Below, in pieces: positions 1-10,828 of a stretch of DNA of 64,000 nt. The stretch spans positions 1,680-65,679 of the forward strand of contig JAAUZI010000049.1 in the NCBI GenBank assembly GCA_014804645.1, written 5' to 3'. The stretch is from Lachnospiraceae bacterium. Lineage in GTDB: Bacteria > Bacillota > Clostridia > Lachnospirales > Lachnospiraceae. The notes beneath the pieces are model-generated. The model saw only the letters and a program-made list of their open reading frames with translations, did no database searches and was not told where the DNA came from. The stretch's first letter is position 1, and each line of letters opens with the position of its first letter. Position numbers and translations under genes: made by a program.

Positions 1-927
1 GAATTATGTTTTTCGGAGAATGGTATTTTTCTGGAATACCAGGTGTCTCTGGGAGACACGGTGCGCCGGGGAGATACATTGGCGGTGACGGATGTGTCCG
101 CCTATAGGGAACAGGCGGAGAGTCTGCAGGAGCAGATCGATGAGCTGACACGGAAATATGTCTATGAAATAGCCACTCGGGACAATAGTCTGAAAATCTG
201 TGAGCTGGAGTTGGAGGAGACCTACAAGCTCATTGACCTCACGGAGTACATGAAAGACAATTACACGCAGCTCTGTATCAACGCGGGTAATCTGGTGAGC
301 CGCATGGACCGGCTGGAGCTGGAAAAAAAGCACTTGACGGAGAGCTATGAGCTGGAGCTGCCCTATCTGCAGGAGCAGTTGGCGGACTGCCAGAAAAAGA
401 TGCGCAGCAATGTGATTAAAGCGCCCTTTGACGGCACGGTGGTCGAACTGCAGCCCGCCGTCAGCGGAAACAGAGTCAGCAAGGAGACTCCCATGGTGGT
501 GCTGGCGGATACCGCCCGGTATCTGGCGGTGGGGGACTATGTGACTCGGCGGGCGGCGGAGAAGGCGGAGCGAATCTATGTGTTTATGAACGGGGAGGAG
601 TATGATGCGGAGTACATTCCCATGGACCAGAAGGTTTACAGCGCGCTGATGGCCAAGCAGCTGACGCCCTATTCCAGCTTTGAATTGCATCCCTCGGAGC
701 CGCTGGAATACGGGCATATGGTCCGTATTGTGGTGCAGCATGAATCCCGCTGGCAGGTGTTGGTGGTGCCGGGGCTGGCGGTGCAGCAGGAGGGCGCCAG
801 AAAATATTGTTATCGAAAGGGGCCCCAGGGGCGGGAGAAGGTATATCTGGAGACGGGGCTGTATGACGGCTTGAATTATGAGGTACTCAGCGGCTTGCAG
901 GAAGGAGATGAGGTGTACATTGACTAG
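1..927 (+). CDS. Membrane-fusion (HlyD/RND periplasmic adaptor-like) protein, 5'-truncated by window edge
   Basis: Frame open from base 1; coiled coil followed by IKAPFDGTV lipoyl motif and C-terminal TGL..G...EVLSGL.EGDEV. Confidence 0.8.
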   Translation, partial: ELCFSENGIFLEYQVSLGDTVRRGDTLAVTDVSAYREQAESLQEQIDELTRKYVYEIATRDNSLKICELELEETYKLIDLTEYMKDNYTQLCINAGNLVSRMDRLELEKKHLTESYELELPYLQEQLADCQKKMRSNVIKAPFDGTVVELQPAVSGNRVSKETPMVVLADTARYLAVGDYVTRRAAEKAERIYVFMNGEEYDAEYIPMDQKVYSALMAKQLTPYSSFELHPSEPLEYGHMVRIVVQHESRWQVLVVPGLAVQQEGARKYCYRKGPQGREKVYLETGLYDGLNYEVLSGLQEGDEVYID

Positions 928-2077
928 GAGGATTTTGATGGCGGCGATAGGGACGGCAGTGGTTCTGAGCATGACGGCCTGCGGGCAGAGCGGTATATTC
1001 TCCGATGCGGGCACCAACGTGGCGACAGCGCCGGACAAGTCCCAGTACCTGGATCTCTCTGCGCTGTCCGAGGAAGGCGGCACGGAGGAGGGTTGGAATA
1101 GCTACAGCACCTACACGGTGACCTACGGCACCTTCAGCACGGAAATGACTGCTCTCAGGGCCAATCTGCGGATGCTGGAAACCACCTGCGTCAAGGCCGA
1201 GTACCAGGTGGGAACCATGCGGCTGACGGAGCTGCTGGTGGAGAAATACCAGTATGTCACGGCGGGCACTCCTGTTGCCAGAGTGACTATGGAGATAGAC
1301 GAGGTGGATCTGCAGGAGTTGGAGAGAAAACTGCTGCGGCTGCAGCAGCGCTATATTGAGGCCCAGGAGGAGTTTTTGAAAAGTCAGGAAAAGCGGGAGG
1401 TGCTTTTTGCCAGATGGCCTCCTCAGCGCACCATAGACATTACTCAGTATGATCAGGCCCAGCTGGATTTCGAGCAGACTGCCGCCGGATATGAGCGGCA
1501 GATTGCAGATCTCCAGGAGCAGATAGAAAAGCTGCAGGGGCTGGCGCGGCAGACAGAGATCGTGGCGGAGGAGGACGGCTTTATTCTGGATGTATCTCTG
1601 CTGCAGAAAGGTCAGAAACTGGACAATGGCACCGTCATTCTCCAACTGGCTCCGGCGGACAAGATATGCCTGGAATTCTCGGATCAGTTGGAGCATTACG
1701 GGTACGGCAACCAAGTCACGCTGGTGACGGGGGAGAAAAAGGTGGCCCAGAGTTATGACGCCATGGTGGTCAGCGCCGTGGGCAAGGCATTGAGCAGTCA
1801 GTGGGATGTGAGCGTCAGCCGTCTGGAGGGAGATTACGATATCGCGCAGCTGCTGGGCAACGGCCCCTTCAACGTGACCGGACAGACCAGCGTTATGGAG
1901 AATGTGCTGCTGATCCCGGCGGAGGCAGTGACGGTGGAGAAACAGAAATACTATGTGACAGTGCTGGGAGAGGGCGGCAGCATGACCAAAACCCAGTTCA
2001 TTCCCGGGGGCAGCAATGCGAAATACTATTGGGTGTTTGACGGTCTGGAGGAGGGCGTCAGGATCGTTATGCCATAG
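908..2077 (+). CDS. Second membrane-fusion protein, probable lipoprotein
   Basis: Lipobox-like SMTACG; coiled coil; IVAEEDGFI; C-terminal GLEEGVRIV; start uncertain (ATG 908 or TTG 920). Confidence 0.75.
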   Translation: MRCTLTRRILMAAIGTAVVLSMTACGQSGIFSDAGTNVATAPDKSQYLDLSALSEEGGTEEGWNSYSTYTVTYGTFSTEMTALRANLRMLETTCVKAEYQVGTMRLTELLVEKYQYVTAGTPVARVTMEIDEVDLQELERKLLRLQQRYIEAQEEFLKSQEKREVLFARWPPQRTIDITQYDQAQLDFEQTAAGYERQIADLQEQIEKLQGLARQTEIVAEEDGFILDVSLLQKGQKLDNGTVILQLAPADKICLEFSDQLEHYGYGNQVTLVTGEKKVAQSYDAMVVSAVGKALSSQWDVSVSRLEGDYDIAQLLGNGPFNVTGQTSVMENVLLIPAEAVTVEKQKYYVTVLGEGGSMTKTQFIPGGSNAKYYWVFDGLEEGVRIVMP

Positions 2078-2086
2078 GGGGTATCC

Positions 2087-4867
2087 ATGTACACACTTAT
2101 TATCCAAAAACTTTTACATAAAAAATGGATGGTGCTGAGTCTGCTGATCGGAAATATCCTATTGATAGCGGTGGCTGTGAGTTATCCCATGTACCGCAAT
2201 TCCTCCTTTCAGCGCATGCTGACGGACGAGTTTCAGAGCTATCAGGACAAAAATGGCGGCTGGCCTGCGGTCTGGGGAGTGAGTCATGTCCGTAGCCTGG
2301 GGCGGGATGGAATCAGCTACGAGCAGCTCACCGCCTATGTGGAGCGCTGCCAGGCCCAGCTGAACGTGCCGCTGTACCGGGAGATCGAGTTTCTCAGCAC
2401 CGCTCTGGACGAGGTAAGCCCTGTGGTGGAGAGGCAGGAGCGTCTGCAGCGCAGACTGGAGATCACTGCCGTCACCGATCTGGAGCAGGAAGTGATCGTC
2501 TATGCGGGGCGGCTGCCGGAGAGTGAACTGGCCCAGGATGGCTGCATGGAGGTCATGGTCAGCAGCATTGTGGCGGACGGACTGGATATGCTGCTGGATG
2601 AGGTATACGAGTTTGACAAGCTGCAGTGGGCCGACGGCAGTCCTCTGCGGGTCAGGATCGTGGGAATGTTCCGCCCCCAGAACGAAAGCTCCCCTTTCTG
2701 GGTGGAGAGTCCCTCCAGTCTGCACAGGGATATGTTTGTGCCCATGGAGACTTATAAGGAGTATTTTCTGGGGGAGGAGCAGGAGTTTGCTTTTGGCTGT
2801 AAAAAGAGGATTTACCGGCTGTGGGACTATGCCGCAATCGCACCGGAGCAGGTCAAGGATATCCTGCTGGCGTCCCGGCAGCTGGTGGATGCGGAGAGGA
2901 ACGGCAGCCTGATTCAGAAAAATGTCTATGAGGGCATCATTCAGAGCTACAGCGCCAAGGCCAAAAAGGTGGAGGCATCTCTGATGATTTTGCAGATGCC
3001 GGTGCTGGCTCTGCTGCTGGCCTTTATCTATATGATTTCCTCTCAGATGCTGACCATGGAGCAGAACGAGATCTCTGTGATGAAGAGCCGGGGAGCTAAG
3101 CGATTGCAGATCGTGCAGATGTATTTTATACAGAATCTGTTTCTGGGATTGCTCTCCCTGGTAGCGGGACTGCCGCTGGGGGGCGTATTCTGCAGCGTGC
3201 TGGGAACCGCTACGGATTTCATGGAATTTTCCGGGCGGCGGGTTCTTAGCGTGAAATGGTCGGCGGACGTGCTGTGGTACGCGGGCGCCGCACTGCTCAT
3301 GATGCTGGTAATGACGCTGATCCCGGTGATCGGATACAGCCGGGTATCCATTGTGAATCTGAAACAGTCCCAGACAAAAAAGAAACGATCTCTGTGGAAA
3401 AAGCTGTATCTGGACGTGATCTGTCTGGCGGTGGCCCTGTACGGATATTACAGTTTTTCCCGCAGCCAGCAGCAGATGATGGAACAGGTGCTGACGGGGG
3501 AGACGCTGGACCCGCTGCTGTATCTCAGCTCTTCCCTGTTTCTGCTCGGATGCGGCCTGTTTGTACTGCGCCTGCAGCCCCTGCTGCTGCAGCTGGTGTT
3601 TAAGATGGGACGAAAGCGCATGGCCCCCGCATCCTATGTGGCTTTTGTGGAAGGGACCCGGGGTGCGCAGAAAAAGGAGTTTATCATGCTGTTTATGATA
3701 CTCACCGTGGCTCTGGGCATTCACAATACCACCGTGGCCCGCACCATCGTGGCCAATGCGGAAAAAAATGCCGGCTATGCCACAGGGGCAGATTTGGTGC
3801 TGAAGGAGGTGTGGAAGGATGTCTCCGGCCCGGGAGAGTCCCCTGCCTACTCGGAGCCGGATTACGGAAAGTATGATACCATATCGGGCATGGATGCCCA
3901 CACCAGAGTGTTGAACAGGCAGATCAGTCTGGGGAGGAGGTCTCCGGACATGCAGCTCATGGGAATTATCACCGATGAATTTGCCCGGGTGACTCATATG
4001 CCGGAGGGGCTGCTGCCCTATGATTTTTACGATTATCTGAATGTGCTGGCCTCCTCGGCCAACGCCGTGCTGGTGTCGGAGAATTTTATGACCAGACTGG
4101 ATTACCGTCTGGGGGATACCATCACCATACCGGATAAGGAGGGTGGCGATATACGCCTGAAAATCAGGGGATTTTTTAACTATTGGCCCTCTTATACCCC
4201 CCAGAACTACAGCCTGAACAATGACGGCTCCCTGGTGGTAGAAGACAATTATCTGATTGTTGCCAATCTGGCCATGCTGGAGCAGGAGATGGACCAGGTG
4301 CCTTATGAGATATGGTTTAAGGCGGAGAACGGCACTGATGGTCTGTACCCGTGGTTGGAGGAACACTCCGGTGTGAGACTGACGAAACTGGTGGATCTGG
4401 GAGAAGTCAGGGAGGAAACCAGAGAGGATACGCTGTTCCAGGGAACCAACGGGATACTGACCATGAGTTTTATCGTGGTGCTATTGCTGTGCGGCGTGGG
4501 CTATCTGCTGTATTTTATCCTGTCTATCCGCTCGCGGGAGCTGATGTTTGGCGTGCTGCGCGCCATGGGCATGAGAAAAGGCGAGATCAGCCGCATGTTG
4601 GTGTTGGAGCAGATATTTTGCGGCCTGTACTCCATCTTGATGGGAACACTGATCGGCTTGGTTGGTTCCCGTATGTTTGTGCCCATGATTCAGAACGCCT
4701 ATGCGGCGGAGAATCAGGTGCTGCCGCTGGAACTGATTACCAGTAAAAATGACCTGCTGCAGCTCTTTGGCGTCATAGGCGTGGTGGTGCTGGTGTGCCT
4801 GCTGGTAATCAGCAGGATTGTGGCGCATATGAATATCAGCAAGGCTTTGAAGTTGGGTGAAGATTAG
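2087..4867 (+). CDS. FtsX/MacB-like ABC transporter permease
   Basis: Two FtsX-type repeats (EISVMKSRGA; MFGVLRAMGM), multiple TM segments and large extracytoplasmic loops. Confidence 0.85.
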   Translation: MYTLIIQKLLHKKWMVLSLLIGNILLIAVAVSYPMYRNSSFQRMLTDEFQSYQDKNGGWPAVWGVSHVRSLGRDGISYEQLTAYVERCQAQLNVPLYREIEFLSTALDEVSPVVERQERLQRRLEITAVTDLEQEVIVYAGRLPESELAQDGCMEVMVSSIVADGLDMLLDEVYEFDKLQWADGSPLRVRIVGMFRPQNESSPFWVESPSSLHRDMFVPMETYKEYFLGEEQEFAFGCKKRIYRLWDYAAIAPEQVKDILLASRQLVDAERNGSLIQKNVYEGIIQSYSAKAKKVEASLMILQMPVLALLLAFIYMISSQMLTMEQNEISVMKSRGAKRLQIVQMYFIQNLFLGLLSLVAGLPLGGVFCSVLGTATDFMEFSGRRVLSVKWSADVLWYAGAALLMMLVMTLIPVIGYSRVSIVNLKQSQTKKKRSLWKKLYLDVICLAVALYGYYSFSRSQQQMMEQVLTGETLDPLLYLSSSLFLLGCGLFVLRLQPLLLQLVFKMGRKRMAPASYVAFVEGTRGAQKKEFIMLFMILTVALGIHNTTVARTIVANAEKNAGYATGADLVLKEVWKDVSGPGESPAYSEPDYGKYDTISGMDAHTRVLNRQISLGRRSPDMQLMGIITDEFARVTHMPEGLLPYDFYDYLNVLASSANAVLVSENFMTRLDYRLGDTITIPDKEGGDIRLKIRGFFNYWPSYTPQNYSLNNDGSLVVEDNYLIVANLAMLEQEMDQVPYEIWFKAENGTDGLYPWLEEHSGVRLTKLVDLGEVREETREDTLFQGTNGILTMSFIVVLLLCGVGYLLYFILSIRSRELMFGVLRAMGMRKGEISRMLVLEQIFCGLYSILMGTLIGLVGSRMFVPMIQNAYAAENQVLPLELITSKNDLLQLFGVIGVVVLVCLLVISRIVAHMNISKALKLGED

Positions 4868-4908
4868 TGTTGGAAGAGTTTGATACTGATTATAGAAAGG
4901 GATGCGGG

Positions 4909-5619
4909 ATGGAGAGGCAGAGCGAGACGGAGAATATCATAGTGGCGGAGAATGTGGTGCGAAGTTTTCCGGTGCCGGGGAGTGTGCCTGGCAGCAGGGA
5001 GGAATTTCAGGCGCTGAAGGGGATTTCCCTGCAGGTACCGCCCCGGAGTCTGGCTATTTTGCGGGGGCGCTCTGGATCGGGAAAAACCACGCTGCTGAAT
5101 ATCTTAAGCGCGCTGGACCAGCCCACGAAGGGGAAAGTGCGGCTCCAGGGCCAGGACATCACGGCCATGTCCGAGGGCGCCAGGGACAGGCTGCGACGCG
5201 GGAAGATCGGCTTTATCTTTCAGTCGGTGTCCCTGATTCCGCTGATGAGCGCCTATGAGAATGTGGAGTTTGCCTTGCGGTTGGCGGGAGTAAAACAGGG
5301 ATGTAAGGAGCGGGCGGAGGAATGTCTGAAACTGGTGGGGCTGGGCAATCGTATCCACCATATGCCCCAGGAATTGTCGGGAGGCGAACAGCAACGAGTA
5401 GCCATTGCTCGGGCGGTGGCTCACAGGCCGGATATTATTTTTGCGGATGAGCCCACTGGGGAGCTGGATTCTGCCATGGCCATGTCGGTGATGGGGCTTT
5501 TTCGGGAACTGGTGGAAAAGGAGGGTGTCACCATTGTCATGACTACCCATGATATGGGGCTGATCGGGGCAGGAGATATGGTTTTTGAACTGCGGGATGG
5601 CATGCTTGTGGAGGATTAG
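4909..5619 (+). CDS. ABC transporter ATP-binding protein (LolD/MacB type)
   Basis: Walker A GRSGSGKT, signature LSGGEQQR, ADEPTGELD; start taken at ATG 4909. Confidence 0.9.
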   Translation: MERQSETENIIVAENVVRSFPVPGSVPGSREEFQALKGISLQVPPRSLAILRGRSGSGKTTLLNILSALDQPTKGKVRLQGQDITAMSEGARDRLRRGKIGFIFQSVSLIPLMSAYENVEFALRLAGVKQGCKERAEECLKLVGLGNRIHHMPQELSGGEQQRVAIARAVAHRPDIIFADEPTGELDSAMAMSVMGLFRELVEKEGVTIVMTTHDMGLIGAGDMVFELRDGMLVED

Positions 5620-5620
5620 T

Positions 5621-6313
5621 ATGGGATATCGTTATGAGACACATCTGCACACCTGTGAGGGGAGTGCCTGTGCCAGCGCGTCCGGGGCGGAGATGGCCCG
5701 GATACATAAAGAGATGGGCTACACGGGGATATTTGTCACCGATCATTTTTTCAACGGAAACACGGCTGTGCCGAGGGATCTTCCCTGGCGGGAGCGGGTG
5801 GAGCGGTTCTGCTTAGGCTATGAGCATGCCAGAGCGGAGGGGGAAAAGATTGGTCTGGATGTATTTTTCGGCTTTGAATATGGAGTACATGCGGCGGACT
5901 TTCTGGTGTACAATTTGGATCGGGAATGGCTGCTGGAGCACGAGGATATTGACCGGGAGAATGCCAGAAAGGCTTTTTCTCTGATGCGCCGGGACGGCGG
6001 CTTTATCGTTCATGCCCACCCCTTTCGCGAGCGGGACTATATCGACCATATCGAGCTGTTTCCCAGAGATGTGGACGGAGTGGAAATTGTCAACGGAGCG
6101 CAGCTGAAACAGCCGCAGATGAATGATCGGGCCAAGATATATGCCATGATGTACGAGCTGCCGGTGACGGCCGGTTCCGACTCCCACCATTTGCATGGTC
6201 TGTTTGGCAGCGGCGTGGAGCTGCCCAGAAGGGTGGTGGAGGCCACGGACTATCTGGAGATGATGCGTGCCGGAGAGGTCAAATGCCTGGGGGATGGTCA
6301 AGTGATGGAGTAA
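5621..6313 (+). CDS. PHP-domain metallo-phosphoesterase
   Basis: ETHLHT, TDH, AHPFR, GSDSH motifs; ATG 5621 after GGAGG. Confidence 0.85.
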   Translation: MGYRYETHLHTCEGSACASASGAEMARIHKEMGYTGIFVTDHFFNGNTAVPRDLPWRERVERFCLGYEHARAEGEKIGLDVFFGFEYGVHAADFLVYNLDREWLLEHEDIDRENARKAFSLMRRDGGFIVHAHPFRERDYIDHIELFPRDVDGVEIVNGAQLKQPQMNDRAKIYAMMYELPVTAGSDSHHLHGLFGSGVELPRRVVEATDYLEMMRAGEVKCLGDGQVME

Positions 6314-6399
6314 GTGCTGGACGAAGTTTGGACAGGACTTTCTCTGCCGGATATGGTACTGGTAGGGCAGATGCGGTACTTTAATAGGAAAGGAAAGAG

Positions 6400-7140
6400 A
6401 TGGGAAAGATTTTGGGCAGAGTTGCTGCGGTGGCTGCCGTGGTTTTCTTGGGATATATGCTGATCACCGGGCAGGTCTCCATAGCCTGGGAGAAGATTAT
6501 CATCTATATCATTTTCATAGGGGGAATCTCTATCGCGGCGGAAATACTGTCGCGGAAACAGAAAAAACAGGATGAGAAATTTTGGGGGGAACACCAAAGT
6601 GATGCGCCGAGCTTTGACACGACTGACTCGCTGCGTGCCACGGATATGGAGAGGACAGGCGCGGCGGACAGCATATTGTACGCCACGGACGCGGGAGTGC
6701 CGGGCCGGATTTCTGATCAGGGGGTGGTGAGAGCGCCGGCAATCATCAGGGGTATTGTTACGTTCCTGCTCGCTTTTATATGGGGAATGGTATTGTGCGT
6801 GCTGATGCTGGCGGCGATGGACGGAGCTTTTGAAGATCCGGAAAATTATGGCGCGTTCGGCATACTGTCGGCAATGCCTGTACTATTTACAGTGGGATAT
6901 TTCTGGCTGGCCAACAATCTATTCTGCGAGGTGTATTACACGCCGCAGGGAGTGATTGTGAAAAGAAACCGGCCACAAAGACAGTACCGTTGGAGTGAGA
7001 TAGGCAGATGTACGCGATATGGCTATCTGCACGTTTTTCACGATCTGGAGGACAAGAGATTGTTTATCACCAACAGCTCCTATGAGGGATTTGACGGGCT
7101 TTACGACATGTATAGTCGAACGCATGGCAGCATGGTATAA
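6400..7140 (+). CDS. Hypothetical membrane protein
   Basis: RBS AAGGA; about four hydrophobic segments; C-terminal soluble domain. Confidence 0.65.
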   Translation: MGKILGRVAAVAAVVFLGYMLITGQVSIAWEKIIIYIIFIGGISIAAEILSRKQKKQDEKFWGEHQSDAPSFDTTDSLRATDMERTGAADSILYATDAGVPGRISDQGVVRAPAIIRGIVTFLLAFIWGMVLCVLMLAAMDGAFEDPENYGAFGILSAMPVLFTVGYFWLANNLFCEVYYTPQGVIVKRNRPQRQYRWSEIGRCTRYGYLHVFHDLEDKRLFITNSSYEGFDGLYDMYSRTHGSMV

Positions 7141-7313
7141 ATCGACTTTGTCTAGGGGAAACAAATCACTGCCAGCTTTTTTGACAAATATTTGTTAAAT
7201 AATGAAGAAAAAAATATGGAAAAAAACCACAGAGTATAGTAGAATAGTCATATAGAGTTCAGATGACAGGCAGTAAGAGATAAAATTCAATAAATAAATG
7301 AGCGTGGGAGGAC

Positions 7314-8093
7314 ATGAATATGAAAATACAGGATTTCTGTGATATGAAGAAATTCGAGGAGATTATGCAGAACTGGGCGCAGAGTACGGGGCTGGCCACA
7401 GTGGCAGTGGGAGAGGACGGCCAGTATATTAGTGAATGTTACAATTTTACAGACTTCTGTATTAAGTTGACCCGTGGCAGCGCGGAGGGCTGCAGGCGCT
7501 GTGAGAAGAACGACCGGGAGGGCAAGGGAGTCTATGCATGCCATGCGGGATTGATGGATTTCGGCATTCCCATTACGCTGGATGACGGCACGGTGCTGGG
7601 GAGCGTTATCGGCGGTCAGGTTCTGCCGGAAAATCCTAACGAGGAAAAGTTTCGTGCCACAGCGAGAGAGCTGGGGATTGACGAGGACCGCTATATTGAC
7701 GCACTGCAGAAGGTGAACGTGAAGACCAAGGAGCAGATCGAGGCGTCGGCCAATCTGCTGGGCGATGTAATCAATATGTTTGTGAGGGCCAGCTATGCGA
7801 CCACGCAGAATGAGCGAATTGTGAAACGCCTGCAGGAGGGAATCAACAAGGCGGCCGAGCAGATTGTGCTTGCCAATGAGAATACCCATCAGATCGAGGC
7901 GTTTAGCAGCAGGCAGAAGATTTTGGCTTTGAATGCCAGCATTGAGGCGGCTCGTTCCGGCGAGGCGGGCAAGGGCTTTGCGGTGGTGGCCCAGGAAGTA
8001 CAGAAACTGGCCCAGGGTATGACTGTGACCAGCGTGAACATAAAGAATGCACTGAGAGAAGTAACCGATACGATCATGCAGCTGAAACAGTGA
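7314..8093 (+). CDS. Soluble chemoreceptor: PocR ligand-binding domain plus short MCP signalling domain
   Basis: PocR motifs FC..TR...GCRRC and CHAGL; MCP tip [27 protein letters not shown]; no TM. Confidence 0.85.
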   Translation: MNMKIQDFCDMKKFEEIMQNWAQSTGLATVAVGEDGQYISECYNFTDFCIKLTRGSAEGCRRCEKNDREGKGVYACHAGLMDFGIPITLDDGTVLGSVIGGQVLPENPNEEKFRATARELGIDEDRYIDALQKVNVKTKEQIEASANLLGDVINMFVRASYATTQNERIVKRLQEGINKAAEQIVLANENTHQIEAFSSRQKILALNASIEAARSGEAGKGFAVVAQEVQKLAQGMTVTSVNIKNALREVTDTIMQLKQ

Positions 8094-8094
8094 G

Positions 8095-8124
8095 TATAAA
8101 GGGCAGCGAGAGCTGCCCTTTATA
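8095..8124 (+). terminator. Hairpin/intrinsic terminator after chemoreceptor gene
   Basis: Perfect 13-bp stem TATAAAGGGCAGC/GCTGCCCTTTATA with GAGA loop. Confidence 0.7.
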
Positions 8125-8164
8125 AATGTTGCGAGCAAAAAATGTGGAAAGAGGATTTAGGGCC

Positions 8165-10744
8165 ATGAAAAAGATCGATTTATGCGGAACATGGAGAATG
8201 AAAATTCTGGGGGAGAATATCTACCATATCCCGGAGGAGTGGATGGAGGCCAAGGTGCCAGGGTCCGTGTACGGGACACTCCTGGAGTTGGGCAAAATGC
8301 CGGACCCCTATTACCGGGATAACGAGCTGGACGCTACAAAACTGATGGAGAATGATTTTATCTATGAGACCGATGTGGAGATCACGCGGGAGATGCTGGC
8401 ATACGACGGTGTCATGCTGCGTTTCGAGGGAATTGACACGCTGGGCGAGGTCTATTTGGACGGGACATTGCTGGGGCATGTGGAGAACATGCATCGGGTG
8501 TGGGAGTACGATATCCGGCAGACGGCCAGAGTCGGGCAGAACACTATTCGGGTGGTGCTGCGCTCTCCGATAAAGTATATCAAAGAGGAGAACGAGAAAG
8601 TATTTACCGGCGGTTCCAACGAGGCCATGTCAGGATATCCCCATCTGCGGAAGGCACACTGCATGTACGGCTGGGACTGGGGCCCCAGACTGCCGGATGC
8701 GGGTATTTTCAGGGGGGTGAGCCTGCAGCTTGTGGACAGTGCCAGACTGGACAGCGTCTATGTGGTGCAGCGCCACCAGGGTCCGCATATGCAGGAGCTT
8801 TGCCTTGAGGAAAGCAGGGTGCAACAGCCTCTGGCAGTGCCCGTTCCCCAGATGGAGAACGGCAGGCTGCAGGTGCAGGTGGATCTGGTGAGACTGGAGC
8901 TGCAGGTGGACCTGGAGGTGTTCAGAGAAGAGGAGGAATTCTCTGCCACGGTGACGGTGACGTCGCCGGACGGCACAGTGTATGGACAGTCGCCGGACGG
9001 AACCATTACAATCGTGCATCCCCTGCTGTGGTGGCCAAACGGATATGGTGAACAACCGCTCTACACGGTGAAAGCTTTGCTGATGGGCAGCGACGGGCGT
9101 ATACTGGATGTCTGGGAGCGGCAGATCGGACTGCGCACCATGACTATGAACATTCAGGCTGACCAGTGGGGGAACCAGTTTGCTCACCAGGTCAACGGCG
9201 TGGATATTTTTGCCATGGGGGCGGACTACATTCCGGAGGATAATCTGTTGTCTCGCGTGACCGAGGAGCGCACGGAGAAATTGCTGCGGGCTGCGGCGGA
9301 GGCAGGGCACAACTGCATACGCGTCTGGGGCGGCGGCTATTATCCCGACGATTGGTTCTATGAGATATGCGACCGACTGGGGCTTATCGTGTGGCAGGAC
9401 TTCATGTATGCCTGTTCCTCCTATGAGCTAAATGAAGATTTTGAGGAAAATATCCGGGTGGAGACCCAGGAGAATGTGCGGCGTATCAGACACCATGCCT
9501 GTCTAGGGCTGTGGTGTGGCAATAACGAGATGGAGACCCAGACGCTGGACAAGTGCTGGAAACCGTCTCAAAAGCAGTTTTATGACTATATCAAGCTGTT
9601 TGAATATATTATTCCCGGAATTCTGCGCCAGGAGGACCCGCACACTTTCTACTGGCCCTCTTCGCCTTCGTCGGGTGGTAATTTTGACAATCCATGGGAT
9701 GAGAATCGAGGGGACGTCCATTATTGGGACGTCTGGCATGGCAATAAACCCTTTACGGAATACCGAAAATTCCGTTTCCGTTATCTGTCGGAATTTGGTT
9801 TTCAATCCTTTCCCTGTCTGGAGACAGTGGAGAGTTTTACAGAGCTGGAGGACCGTAATATTTTCTCGCGGGTTATGGAGATGCACCAGCGGAATGTGGC
9901 TGCCAATGGCAAGATTTTGAATTATCTGTCAGCAACCTATCTGTATCCCGCAGGCTTTGATCAGCTGCTGTACGCCTCTCAGCTGCTGCAGATGGAGGCC
10001 ATACGCTACGGCGTGGAACATTTTCGCAGACACAGAGGACATTGCATGGGTGCGGTGGTGTGGCAGTTGAATGACATCTGGCCGGTGGCGTCTTGGGCGA
10101 GCATTGATTATTTTGGACGGTGGAAAGCACTGCACTATGCGGAAAAGAGGATGTTTGCGCCGGTGCTGGTCTCCTGCCAGGAGGTCGGTGAGCTGTCCGA
10201 GCGCCCGCACTGCATTATGGAGCCAGGCCCCATGGAGGTATCCGCCAGGCTCTGTGTATCCAATGAAACCATGAAGACGGTGCAGGGAATCTGTCGCTGG
10301 CAGCTGCGAAATTATCTGGGCGATGTGGCGATGGAGGGGGAGTCTCAGGTGACAGTGGAGCCTCTCGACAGCCTGTGGCTGGACAAAATAGACTTCACGG
10401 AGAGTCCCGAACTGAGTGTGCGGGAGATGTATTTCAGCTATCAGCTGGAGGTGAAGGGAGAAATTATATCCGAGGGCACCTGCCTGTTCACCGCGCCCAA
10501 GCATTTTCGCTTTGCGGACCCGGGCCTGACGCTGCGCCGGGAGGGAGATATCCTGATTCTGCGGGCCGAGCGCTATGCCAAGTCTGTGGAGATATGGGGC
10601 GGCGAGGGCGATAGCGGCTGCTATGTGAAACTCAGTGACAATTATTTTGACATGAATCCCGGAGAAAAGCGCGTGCGGATTCTGGAGGGAGACGCAGAGC
10701 GTTTCAGGGTGCGAAGCGTATATGATATCGGGCGGGAGATGTAA
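8165..10744 (+). CDS. Glycoside hydrolase family 2, beta-mannosidase type
   Basis: GWDWGP, RVWGGG, WCGNNE (acid/base), SEFGFQS (nucleophile), WQLNDIWP; start taken at ATG 8165. Confidence 0.9.
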   Translation: MKKIDLCGTWRMKILGENIYHIPEEWMEAKVPGSVYGTLLELGKMPDPYYRDNELDATKLMENDFIYETDVEITREMLAYDGVMLRFEGIDTLGEVYLDGTLLGHVENMHRVWEYDIRQTARVGQNTIRVVLRSPIKYIKEENEKVFTGGSNEAMSGYPHLRKAHCMYGWDWGPRLPDAGIFRGVSLQLVDSARLDSVYVVQRHQGPHMQELCLEESRVQQPLAVPVPQMENGRLQVQVDLVRLELQVDLEVFREEEEFSATVTVTSPDGTVYGQSPDGTITIVHPLLWWPNGYGEQPLYTVKALLMGSDGRILDVWERQIGLRTMTMNIQADQWGNQFAHQVNGVDIFAMGADYIPEDNLLSRVTEERTEKLLRAAAEAGHNCIRVWGGGYYPDDWFYEICDRLGLIVWQDFMYACSSYELNEDFEENIRVETQENVRRIRHHACLGLWCGNNEMETQTLDKCWKPSQKQFYDYIKLFEYIIPGILRQEDPHTFYWPSSPSSGGNFDNPWDENRGDVHYWDVWHGNKPFTEYRKFRFRYLSEFGFQSFPCLETVESFTELEDRNIFSRVMEMHQRNVAANGKILNYLSATYLYPAGFDQLLYASQLLQMEAIRYGVEHFRRHRGHCMGAVVWQLNDIWPVASWASIDYFGRWKALHYAEKRMFAPVLVSCQEVGELSERPHCIMEPGPMEVSARLCVSNETMKTVQGICRWQLRNYLGDVAMEGESQVTVEPLDSLWLDKIDFTESPELSVREMYFSYQLEVKGEIISEGTCLFTAPKHFRFADPGLTLRREGDILILRAERYAKSVEIWGGEGDSGCYVKLSDNYFDMNPGEKRVRILEGDAERFRVRSVYDIGREM

Positions 10745-10828
10745 ACCGGAGTCCGGTGAAACACTGATTGGTATAATGGGTGAAACGTGCACTGAAACGC
10801 ACGGGATCAGGGGGAAGGTTGGATAGCC

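Noticed and set aside
4-4366. Long minus-strand ORFs (4-1083, 887-2107, 2159-4366) and similar shadow ORFs such as 11320-12711 and 46212-47801
   Set aside because: Antisense to well-supported genes, with no recognisable motifs; expected from codon bias.
10757-10798. Three TGAAAC direct repeats around an extended -10 upstream of the DUF2752 gene
   Set aside because: Irregular spacing and short length; cannot support an operator call.
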